32,000 nt of DNA from Vulcanisaeta distributa DSM 14429. Its GTDB lineage: Archaea > Thermoproteota > Thermoprotei > Thermoproteales > Thermocladiaceae. Positions 1-7,928 of the stretch are shown piece by piece. How positions within the stretch are numbered: position 1 is the first letter of the stretch; each line of letters begins with the position of its first letter. The translations under genes and the position numbers were made by a program. The notes under the pieces are model-generated. The model worked only from the letters and a program-made list of their open reading frames with translations, was not told the DNA's origin and searched no databases. The stretch covers positions 690,001 through 722,000 of the forward strand of contig NC_014537.1 in assembly GCF_000148385.1 (NCBI RefSeq). The letters are read 5' to 3'.

Positions 1-297
1 TATGATTGTTATGAAGTACTTGGGCGTCTCGAAGCCTACGTGCATCGCCTCAATCGTGACACCCCTCTCCCTCTCCTCCTTCAGCCTGTCAGTTACCCAG
101 GCATATACGAAGTCCTCCTTACCCATCTTCTTAGCCTGCTCCTCAAGCTCCTTGAAGCCCTTCTCGTCAACATAGCCAGTAACCACCAGTAGGTGGCCCA
201 CCAGTGTTGATTTGCCGTGGTCAACATGCCCTATAACCGCTAGGTTAAGGTGTGGCTTTTGTAAAGCCGTCTCCTTAGGCTTAAGTATCAGGCTCAT
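1..297 (-). CDS. tuf: Translation elongation factor aEF-1alpha, N-terminal 99 codons (gene runs off the window start)
   Basis: Not in the ORF track. The reverse complement of 1-297 is open and reads [37 protein letters not shown]...[25 protein letters not shown]. It has the GTPase G1 P-loop GHVDHGKST and an RGVTI switch, as in aEF-1alpha/eEF1A. The ATG is at 295-297, with an A/T-rich TATA-like stretch at about 318-337. Confidence 0.9.
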   Translation of the reverse strand, partial: MSLILKPKETALQKPHLNLAVIGHVDHGKSTLVGHLLVVTGYVDEKGFKELEEQAKKMGKEDFVYAWVTDRLKEERERGVTIEAMHVGFETPKYFITII

Positions 298-559
298 ACC
301 TATCAAGACGGAGTTGTGAAAATAAAAATTAATAAGTTTTTGGGTTTCGATCACCGACATGAACAAGGTTAAACAACGACCTTAAGTAAGTATTGCCCAT
401 AGTGACTTTAACTTCTCCTGAAAAGGAATAATGGTTGTGGTCGATCTAATGGTTCCTCTTGGTGTAGATTGAAGTCTATCCTTAACATTACTTAGGTGGG
501 TGTAATGAGAAATAGGTCAATGCCTATCTCATTGAGGGTTTATTTAACCACGTAAGTCA

Positions 560-1018
560 TCACGAGAGCCTCTGCCTTAACTTCTCCACGCTGTCCTGAA
601 CTATTTTCTGGGCCACTGGGTCTAGTACCCTGGCTCCCATTGAGCCTATTAGGCCGCCCACGTTGCCGTCGAAGTACCAATTAACCTTGGTCCTACCTGG
701 GCTTGGCTCCTCAAGTCTGAAACCAATTTCGAAGTCCATGGTGCTCTGCATCCCCGTGCCCCTACCAACGACCTTGGCGCTCTCGGGTGGCTTTTTCTCG
801 GTGAACTTAGCGGTTATGTTTATCGTACCCTTAATAGCCCCAACACCCATACTTGCCTTAACCCTGAAGTTATCTGGGTCAATCACATCCACAGACTCAA
901 CACCGGGTATTACCGAGGCTATGTTCCTCGGGTCGATGAGGAAGTTATAAACCACATCCCTAGGCTTATCAACCTCAAAGGAACCATCATAGTGAACCCT
1001 CGCCATACGGTGGGTCAA
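560..1018 (-). CDS. CoxG-like SRPBCC-fold protein (carbon monoxide dehydrogenase subunit G family)
   Basis: 152 aa. The opening FEVDKPRDVVYNFLIDPRNIASVIPGVESV and overall length match the CoxG/SRPBCC family. It lies in a Mo-hydroxylase gene neighbourhood. Confidence 0.7.
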   Translation of the reverse strand: MTHRMARVHYDGSFEVDKPRDVVYNFLIDPRNIASVIPGVESVDVIDPDNFRVKASMGVGAIKGTINITAKFTEKKPPESAKVVGRGTGMQSTMDFEIGFRLEEPSPGRTKVNWYFDGNVGGLIGSMGARVLDPVAQKIVQDSVEKLRQRLS

Positions 1019-1052
1019 TGTTAAACTTATTTATAAGTAATTCCAACGGTAC

Positions 1053-2213
1053 TTAAATTAATAGGGCGATTATCGAGATTATGCAGGACACCAGTAATAG
1101 GGTGGGTATGGTGATAAGCCCCGTATCAATACCATATATTGATATTAATAGTGATATTAGGTACGTGGTTAAACCACCCAGTGAACTGGCCACGTGGTAA
1201 GAAACGCCAGCGCTAACGTGCTTAACATCACTTCTGAATAGTGATACTAGGTATAGCGATTGTGGTGTGTAGGTTATTGCGTCGGCTATGCCAAAGAGAA
1301 TAAAGAGGGGTAATGGCTCTATCCTAAACATGAAGGCATTCACCAGGGAGAAGAAAACGTAACCGAGTAGTAACGCCTTAATTGGGCTCATCCTAGTCAT
1401 GATTAATGACATTATTAACGTGAATATCAATAGGGAGATTGTGGCCGTGATTATTAGGCTTGAAACCTCACGCACGCTAAAGTATAGGAGTAGTACGGAT
1501 GTGTACACGTAAAAACTCAAACTCTCACCAAGCTTAACACCGATAGCCCTTACAATCCTCTTAACATCCTCAACGCGGAATGTCGGCCTCCAATTAATGG
1601 ATCCAGCGCCCTGCTGTGCAAGTGTTAGGATTACCGCGGCTGATGAGAGGCTTAATAACGATCCCATTAATAACGCCAACCGCCACTGAATAACCGCGAA
1701 GGTCGTTAATAACATACCCAGTGGAACACCGAGTTGCACGAGGCTCGTTAGAAACCTACCAACACTACCCCTCACGGATTCGTACGTAAGGACCGATGCT
1801 GATGCCCACTCACCACCGAGAGCCATTCCCTGGGCTACCCTTAGGACCAATAATTCGTATGCGGTATACCACGTGTTTTTAATAATCGATATTAGGAGAG
1901 TTGAAATACCCATGATCACGAGAGTCGAAACTAACGATGACTTACTAGAGAATTTATCGCCAACCAAGCCAAAGACATAAGCACCAATGGGCCTTGCAAT
2001 GAATGCTACGAATATTGTTGTGAAAGACAATAATAGGCCTAAATGCAGTGCTGATCTTGTTAGTATTATTGATGCGATAATGTTGTAGGCTAGGAAGTTG
2101 TACCACATGGATATCGTGCCTACCACGCTGAACAATGCCACCACTAAATTCCTCATGCGCCAATTCCTAACATTAAACCTGGGCTCTTGAGTATTGCGGA
2201 TTAACCCACTCAC
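1053..2213 (-). CDS. Major facilitator superfamily transporter, substrate unknown
   Basis: 386 aa and almost entirely hydrophobic helices. It has an MFS motif-A-like loop, GLVGDKFSSKS, after TM2. GTG start. A 4-bp GTGA overlap with the upstream gene's stop suggests co-translation. Confidence 0.7.
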   Translation of the reverse strand: MSGLIRNTQEPRFNVRNWRMRNLVVALFSVVGTISMWYNFLAYNIIASIILTRSALHLGLLLSFTTIFVAFIARPIGAYVFGLVGDKFSSKSSLVSTLVIMGISTLLISIIKNTWYTAYELLVLRVAQGMALGGEWASASVLTYESVRGSVGRFLTSLVQLGVPLGMLLTTFAVIQWRLALLMGSLLSLSSAAVILTLAQQGAGSINWRPTFRVEDVKRIVRAIGVKLGESLSFYVYTSVLLLYFSVREVSSLIITATISLLIFTLIMSLIMTRMSPIKALLLGYVFFSLVNAFMFRIEPLPLFILFGIADAITYTPQSLYLVSLFRSDVKHVSAGVSYHVASSLGGLTTYLISLLISIYGIDTGLITIPTLLLVSCIISIIALLI

Positions 2214-2641
2214 GGATTAATTATTATCAATAGTGTGGTTAGTAGTAGGATTATGTCTGTGGTTAAGCAATACATGCAATAGGCCCTGTGGCTCACCTGT
2301 AGGTATATTCCGTAAACACCAATTATTAAGCCGATTATTGATAGGGCCAGTGCAATCATTAGTATGTTCATTATTATTAGGAGTCCTATTAGGAATAGAA
2401 CAACGGCAGCCCCAATAGCTAGTAATAGCCTAATCCTCCTTGGCACTATGAAGTTGAACCTATCACAATGAAAGATGCCAGGTAGACACACATTTACATA
2501 CTTGATATTTTCATATGTGTAGTAGGTCATTAGCCCTGAACCAGCCAGCGGTATTATGGCGAGTAGCGGTGTCATCAAATGCCCTAAGAAACACGCATTA
2601 AAATCTAGAATGATTTGTGCAAAATATGCATTTTTAATCAA
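2210..2641 (-). CDS. Small 4-TM membrane protein, VKOR-like (vitamin K epoxide reductase family) thiol oxidoreductase candidate
   Basis: 143 aa with about 4 TM helices. A loop Cys pair (C-LPGIFH-C) follows TM1, and a CMYC (CxxC) motif sits at the start of the last TM. This layout matches VKOR homologues (the CLYC/CIVC type). No homology search was possible. Confidence 0.4.
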   Translation of the reverse strand: MIKNAYFAQIILDFNACFLGHLMTPLLAIIPLAGSGLMTYYTYENIKYVNVCLPGIFHCDRFNFIVPRRIRLLLAIGAAVVLFLIGLLIIMNILMIALALSIIGLIIGVYGIYLQVSHRAYCMYCLTTDIILLLTTLLIIINP

Positions 2642-2660
2642 CTAAATAAGTGAATGCTTA

Positions 2661-3188
2661 CTAAGACCTAATTATATAAAGTATGTGAGGTAATTCCTGA
2701 AGTATTATTTCAAGCCCAGTCTTAACGCCATCCGGCGAGCCGGGCAAGGCCACTATCAGCTTACCCCTGGCAACCCCAGCGGTAGCTCTCGTCATTATTA
2801 CGCCAGTACCAATCTTCTGATAACTAACCTGCCTAAACAACTCGCCGAAGCCCTCGAGCTCCTTCTCAAAGAGTGGTCTAAGGGCCTCTATCGTTACGTC
2901 ACTCCTGGCAAGCCCCGTACCACCCGTGAGCACTATCACGTCCACATCATCACGAAGCAGTAAGGAATCAACCAGTGAGCGTATCATGACCAGGTCATCC
3001 TTTATCAACTCCCTGCCAACAACCCTATGCCCAGCCTGCTTGAGCATGGACTCCGCCAGGTCCCCCGACTCATCGGTGTATGGTTGACCACTCACCTTTG
3101 CGTTATAACGTGAGGTGGACACGGTTATCACGAAGAAATTGGCGGTCCTAGGACCTGCCTCCTTATGCATTGATCTTGGCACGCTCAT
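2661..3188 (-). CDS. moaB: Molybdenum cofactor biosynthesis protein MoaB/MogA family
   Basis: 175 aa. MoaB signature VIVLTGGTGLARSDVTIEAL, followed by GFGELFRQVSYQ and ALPGSPDG. Confidence 0.85.
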   Translation of the reverse strand: MSVPRSMHKEAGPRTANFFVITVSTSRYNAKVSGQPYTDESGDLAESMLKQAGHRVVGRELIKDDLVMIRSLVDSLLLRDDVDVIVLTGGTGLARSDVTIEALRPLFEKELEGFGELFRQVSYQKIGTGVIMTRATAGVARGKLIVALPGSPDGVKTGLEIILQELPHILYIIRS

Positions 3189-3295
3189 TGAGGAAACACC
3201 TCATGATTTAGTATTTAAGGACTTCATCCGGCTTACGCATAATTATTCATTAACCGCGTAAAAACGCTTATTTAGCCCGGTTAATCAGTTAGCCG

Positions 3296-4102
3296 GTGTC
3301 TTCCTGCGAATTCTTCAGGGCCTTGACAAAGGTTAGTTCGGAGGGTGATAAAATAGTCATTGTTAAGATGCTTGTTGGCGATAATGTGATATCCGACATA
3401 GTAGTTAATGGGAAGTCCCTACTCGGCATTGCCACAGGTAATGAGGTCTTGGAACTAGCCAGTAAGGCGTTGGCTGAGAATAGGACCATCGAGGCCGTAA
3501 TAAACAACGTTAGGGTTATTCTAGAGCCCGTGGAACCGAGACCTACAGTAATCGTGGTTGGCTCAGGACTCATAGCCAGGGCATTACTTGATGTTGGTAA
3601 TGCCATTGGTTATTACGTGGCTGTTGTGGGTAATGGCGACATAGATAAAGACCGCTTTAGCGGTGCGTATTTCATAAGTAATGATCTCAGGGACCTTGAA
3701 AAGCTCGTTGATGAGAACTCCATCGTAATAATAGCAAATGAGGGCGGTAAGCCTTATGATGCCGAGGCCCTCTACATAGCCCTTAAGCACAATGCTAAGT
3801 TCATAGGCCTACTCGCAAGCCAAAGGAGGGCTGCCATCATGATTGCGGACATGGTCAGGAGGGGATTAAGCCTTGATTACGTATTAAGCAAGCTGCACTC
3901 ACCCGTTGGGCTTGACATTGGTGCTAAGACCGCGGGCGAGATTGCCCTTAGCATACTTGCTGAGGTTATGATGTTCATTAGAAATGCGAGTGGTAAACCA
4001 ATGCGTGAGGTTAAGGATCCAAGGAAGTTTATTAAGGATGCTCTCGAGGGCAGGATACAGGAGCAGTCATGTTCGTGGAGACCTACCGAGCTTAAACTTT
4101 GA
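3296..4102 (+). CDS. XdhC/CoxI-family Mo-hydroxylase maturation (cofactor insertion) protein
   Basis: 268 aa. Rossmann-like PTVIVVGSGLIARALLDVGNAIGYYVAVV, then IVIIANEG...KFIGLLASQRR and SPVGLDIGAKTAGEIALSILAE, typical of the XdhC C-terminal domain. GTG start, about 25 nt downstream of the TATA-like cttatttag (3267-3275). Confidence 0.75.
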   Translation: MSSCEFFRALTKVSSEGDKIVIVKMLVGDNVISDIVVNGKSLLGIATGNEVLELASKALAENRTIEAVINNVRVILEPVEPRPTVIVVGSGLIARALLDVGNAIGYYVAVVGNGDIDKDRFSGAYFISNDLRDLEKLVDENSIVIIANEGGKPYDAEALYIALKHNAKFIGLLASQRRAAIMIADMVRRGLSLDYVLSKLHSPVGLDIGAKTAGEIALSILAEVMMFIRNASGKPMREVKDPRKFIKDALEGRIQEQSCSWRPTELKL

Positions 4103-4112
4103 AATTCCCTGC

Positions 4113-4637
4113 CTATTGCGTTGCCTTTAGCTCCTTCAATTTCTGAGCAGCCAACTTAACGGCTTCAATTATGTTCTGATAACCAGTGCATCTGCACAGG
4201 TTTCCTGATAAACCCCTCCTAATCTCCTCCTCGGTTGGGTTAGGATTCTCACCCAGCAACCAGTAGGTCTCCATTATGAAGCCTGGGGTGCAGTAACCAC
4301 ACTGTAACGCGTGCTTTTCCCAATAGGCCTCCTGTATTGGGTGTAGCTTGCCGTCCTTGGCTAAGCCCTCCAGCGTCAGGATCTCCGCGCCATCTGCCTG
4401 GACCGCGAGTACCTGGCAGGACTTGACACTAACCCCATTCATTATGACTGTACATGCGCCGCAATGACCAGTATCACAACCAACATGCACACTCGTAAGC
4501 CCAAGATCCTCCCTTAGGAAGTGAACGAGTAATTTCCTGGGCTCCACCTCCCTCTCGTACCAGACACCGTTGACCTTAACCCTAATCCTAACCTTCTCCT
4601 CCGGCCCAACCTTTAGTGTCACTGCCATGTCCATCAC
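4113..4637 (-). CDS. Mo-hydroxylase small subunit, two [2Fe-2S] clusters (CoxS/CutC/XdhC-small type)
   Basis: 174 aa. Cys motifs [21 protein letters not shown] and LCRCTGY are the canonical ligands of the two 2Fe-2S clusters. A 4-bp overlap with the upstream FAD-subunit gene. Confidence 0.9.
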   Translation of the reverse strand: MMDMAVTLKVGPEEKVRIRVKVNGVWYEREVEPRKLLVHFLREDLGLTSVHVGCDTGHCGACTVIMNGVSVKSCQVLAVQADGAEILTLEGLAKDGKLHPIQEAYWEKHALQCGYCTPGFIMETYWLLGENPNPTEEEIRRGLSGNLCRCTGYQNIIEAVKLAAQKLKELKATQ

Positions 4638-5491
4638 CTCGACAGTGCATTCTTAATGGCTCTCCTAGTCATTACCTTAACCATAGCCCTCTTATACTCG
4701 GCCGAGCCCCTAATGTCGCTTATTGGACTTGACTCCTTCATTGCCCTTTCAGCCGCGTCCTCAATAACGTCATCCGTCAATTTACGCCCAATCAAGGCCT
4801 TCTCAGCCTCACGGGCCCTAAACGGCTTGGGCCCTGCAGCTGTAATGCCAATGCTTGCGTCCTCCACAGAACCATCGGGGCTAAGCCTAAGCATTACTGC
4901 AACGCCGACAACCGCGAAGTCGCCGGCCTTACGCTCAAGTTTCACGTAGGAGGACTTTACCGTACCACTTAACCTAGGTATCACAATTTCACTAATGACC
5001 TCGCCCCTACCCAGCGCTGTGGTGAATGGGCCCGTTATGAAGTCCTCAACGGGCACCTCCCTAATCCCCGATGGGCTGAGTATCCTCACCGACGCCCTAA
5101 GCGCTATTAATGTTGCTGGCCAATCCGCCGCTGGGTCGGCATGTGCCAGTGACCCAGCCATTGTTCCCAGGTTCCTAATTTGCGGATCACCGATTTGTAT
5201 TGCAGTCTCGGGTAGTGCTGGGTATATCTTCCAGAGGTCGCGGTTAATCTCCACCTGGTGGTGCCTGACCAATGCGCCAATCCTTATCTTATCGCCCTCA
5301 ATGCTTATGTATGATAGATTGGGCACCCTGTTAATATCGACTAGGTATGATGGCCTAATCAACCTAAGCTTAAGCATAGGCATGAGACTCTGCCCTCCTG
5401 CAAGTATTTTCGCATTCTCATCAGATTCGAGGACCTTAACCGCCTCCTCCAATGACGTAACCCTTATGTAACCGAATTTTGGAGGATACAC
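4634..5491 (-). CDS. Mo-hydroxylase medium subunit, FAD-binding (CoxM/CutB type)
   Basis: 285 aa. FAD-binding motif [15 protein letters not shown], a C-terminal CO-dehydrogenase-flavoprotein-type domain, and [16 protein letters not shown] start. Confidence 0.9.
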   Translation of the reverse strand: MYPPKFGYIRVTSLEEAVKVLESDENAKILAGGQSLMPMLKLRLIRPSYLVDINRVPNLSYISIEGDKIRIGALVRHHQVEINRDLWKIYPALPETAIQIGDPQIRNLGTMAGSLAHADPAADWPATLIALRASVRILSPSGIREVPVEDFITGPFTTALGRGEVISEIVIPRLSGTVKSSYVKLERKAGDFAVVGVAVMLRLSPDGSVEDASIGITAAGPKPFRAREAEKALIGRKLTDDVIEDAAERAMKESSPISDIRGSAEYKRAMVKVMTRRAIKNALSR

Positions 5492-5582
5492 GGTAGTGCG
5501 GTTACGGTCATACTAATTAAGCATTACTTTAGTATTCAGCTAAACTACTCGGCGGATAATCACTAAAAACTTATTTACCTAC

Positions 5583-7787
5583 ATGGCACTAATGCCTTAC
5601 GTAGGTGCTCGTGTTAAGAGGATTGAAGATCCTAAGTTCATCACGGGTAGTGCAAGGTATGTCGATGACATAGCATACCCAGGAACGCTCTATATGGCAA
5701 TACTGAGGAGTACAGTACCCCACGCGAGGCTTTTGAGGGTTGATTACGAAGACGCGCTGAAGATTCCTGGCGTTGTTGGCGTCATAACTGGGTTGAACAT
5801 TGAGGTTGAGAATAGGCCCAGGAACTTCCCCATGGCTAAGGACGAAATCCTATACGTGGGGCACCCAATAGCCGCAGTGATTGCGGAGGATAGGTACAAG
5901 GCATATGATGCGCTTGATTATATACAGGTCGATTACGAGCCATTACCCGCCGTCGTCGACCCAGAGGAGGCTGTCAAGGACAAGGTAAAGGCTGTGGAAG
6001 ACACAAGCAATATTGGCTATAGGTGGACATACAAGGCTGGAAACCCGGAGGAGGAGCTGGCAAAAAGTGATGTCGTTATCGAGACCAAACTCGAAATCGG
6101 TAGGGTGTACCCAGCTGCAATGGAGCCAAGGGGATTGCTGTCAGTGTACCAGGAGGGAAGGCTAACGGTTTACGCCTCAACCCAGGCACCCCATTACATG
6201 CGTAAGTTCCTCCTCGACGCCTTCAGGAACTACGTCAGTGACATAAGGGTCATCCAGGCCGATACGGGTGGCGCCTTTGGTTCGAAGATGTTCCCATACC
6301 CTGAGGACTACATAGTCACTTACGCAAGCATTATCTACAGGAGACCCGTTAAGTGGGTAGCCACTAGGCGTGAGGACTTATTAAGTACATACCATAGCAG
6401 GGCCCAAATACATAGGATTAAGGCTGGATTTACAAGGAGTGGCGAGTGGAGGGCATTAATTGATGAATTAATAATAGACCTTGGCGTTGCAACCCATGGT
6501 TATTACCTCGCCGACATAACGTCCACGTTAATAACGGGGCCCTATAAACTCAGGAACGTGCTTGTGGAGGTTTACGGAGTCAAAACAAACAAGACGCCAC
6601 TCGACCAGTACAGGGGGGCTGGTAGGCCCGAGGCCGCCTTTGTTTATGAGAGGATAATGGACATGGCCGCCGATGAGCTGAGGATGGACCCCATAGAAAT
6701 AAGAAGGAGGAACCTAGTGACGGAACTTCCCTACACCAACCCATTCAATCATAAGTATGATAGTGGTAATTACCTGCACCTACTCAGTATTGCCGAGGGT
6801 TATTACAGGGACTTTGAGAAGAGGGCTGAGGAACTAAGGAGGCAGGGTAGAAGAGTCGGCGTTGGATTGTCGTTTTACATTGAGCAGAATAACTTTGGGC
6901 CTTGGGAGTCGGCATCAGTTAGGGTTAAGTCTGATGGTAAGGTCCTCGTGATAATTGGCGCGGCACCCCATGGGCAGGGCGATGCAACGGCAATAGCGCA
7001 GATAGTGGCTGATGAACTCGGCATTGACATAAGCCGGGTGGAGGTTTCATGGGGTGATACCGAGCTTATTGGTGAGGGCTTTGGCACGTTCGGCAGTAGG
7101 ACACTGACACTGGCTGGTAATGCCGCATTACTTGCTGCAAGAAAGCTTAAGGATAAGCTTAGGAGGGTCGGCGCTGCGTTAATGGGTGTTAACTACGAGG
7201 ATGTGGTTTACGAAAATGGCGTTGTTAAGGATGTTAAGAGCGGTAAGTCACTAAGTATTGAGGATATGGCAAACGCATTAACCGCAAGCATTGGTGGTAC
7301 ATGGACGTATCCCGTCGAACCCTCGCTTGAGGAGATGACCTATTTCGGCTTAAATGGCTATACATACCCATACGGTTCCCACGTGGCCCTGGTCGAGGTT
7401 ACTGAGGAGGGGTTGGTTAAGGTACTCGATTACGTGGCCATCGACGACGTAGGCCTGGTGGTTAACCCAATGCTCGCCGAGGGGCAGGTAATTGGTGGTG
7501 TTATTCAGGGCTTTGGCGAGGTCGTGCTGGAGGAGGTTAAGTACGACAATGATGGTAACCCACTGACACAGACCTTCAGTGAGTATTGGATACCGAGTAT
7601 AATGGAGTCATTTAACGTTAAGTGGTATTACCTCGAGGAAGGAAAGTCCAATGCGCCACTCCCGGCTAAGGGTATCGCCGAGGGGCCGTTAATTGGCGTG
7701 TTACCGGCATTAACAAGAGCCATTGAGAGGGCCGTTAATAGGAGGATAACCAAGATACCCATAGACCCATCACTACTAATTAAATGA
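5583..7787 (+). CDS. Mo-hydroxylase large subunit, molybdopterin-binding (xanthine dehydrogenase family; aldehyde oxidoreductase or form-II CoxL-like, not a genuine CODH)
   Basis: 734 aa. N-terminal a/b-hammerhead region (VGARVKRIEDPKFITG), active-site loop DQYRGAGRPEAAF (6609-6626 encodes YRGAGR), and a C-terminal AKGIAEGPL with the catalytic Glu. It is divergent from the M/S genes. Confidence 0.9.
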   Translation: MALMPYVGARVKRIEDPKFITGSARYVDDIAYPGTLYMAILRSTVPHARLLRVDYEDALKIPGVVGVITGLNIEVENRPRNFPMAKDEILYVGHPIAAVIAEDRYKAYDALDYIQVDYEPLPAVVDPEEAVKDKVKAVEDTSNIGYRWTYKAGNPEEELAKSDVVIETKLEIGRVYPAAMEPRGLLSVYQEGRLTVYASTQAPHYMRKFLLDAFRNYVSDIRVIQADTGGAFGSKMFPYPEDYIVTYASIIYRRPVKWVATRREDLLSTYHSRAQIHRIKAGFTRSGEWRALIDELIIDLGVATHGYYLADITSTLITGPYKLRNVLVEVYGVKTNKTPLDQYRGAGRPEAAFVYERIMDMAADELRMDPIEIRRRNLVTELPYTNPFNHKYDSGNYLHLLSIAEGYYRDFEKRAEELRRQGRRVGVGLSFYIEQNNFGPWESASVRVKSDGKVLVIIGAAPHGQGDATAIAQIVADELGIDISRVEVSWGDTELIGEGFGTFGSRTLTLAGNAALLAARKLKDKLRRVGAALMGVNYEDVVYENGVVKDVKSGKSLSIEDMANALTASIGGTWTYPVEPSLEEMTYFGLNGYTYPYGSHVALVEVTEEGLVKVLDYVAIDDVGLVVNPMLAEGQVIGGVIQGFGEVVLEEVKYDNDGNPLTQTFSEYWIPSIMESFNVKWYYLEEGKSNAPLPAKGIAEGPLIGVLPALTRAIERAVNRRITKIPIDPSLLIK

Positions 7788-7845
7788 TTTCATTAACTAG
7801 TATCGATCAAATGCTTATTAAGGGATTAGAAATGATTACCAATGA

Positions 7846-7896
7846 TGGGGGCGGATGATGGCGAGCCACCAAGGCGGCTACTCGCCTGACACCCCC
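7846..7896 (+). ncRNA. Candidate small structured RNA with a C/D-type k-turn (non-canonical)
   Basis: A GC-rich island in an AT-rich spacer. Terminal stem GGGGG(7846-7850)/CCCCC(7892-7896), C-box-like AUGAUGG (7855-7861), D box CUGA (7886-7889), and an internal hairpin GCGAG...CUCGC (7861-7885). Only 24 nt separate the boxes, so it is not a standard dual-guide sRNA. Confidence 0.25.
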
Positions 7897-7928
7897 TGTA
7901 CAATTTAATTTTTGAATTAAAAATGGCA

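Noticed and set aside
504-533. Imperfect hairpin AATGAGAAATAGG-TCAATG-CCTATCTCATT downstream of the coxG-like gene
   Set aside because: Archaeal termination relies on T-runs rather than hairpins. The stem has a 2-nt bulge and there is no supporting context. It is noted only as structure.
4113-7787. Annotating the L/M/S genes as aerobic carbon monoxide dehydrogenase (coxMSL)
   Set aside because: The large subunit loop is YRGAGR, not the Cys-containing VAYRCSFR loop needed for the Mo-Cu CO-oxidising site. Only family membership can be claimed.
7846-7896. GC-rich element as a tRNA or split-tRNA half
   Set aside because: It is 51 nt with no T-arm (GTTCRAATC-like) or D-arm consensus. The internal hairpin loop is 15 nt. 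The acceptor-like pairing is only GGGGG/CCCCC.
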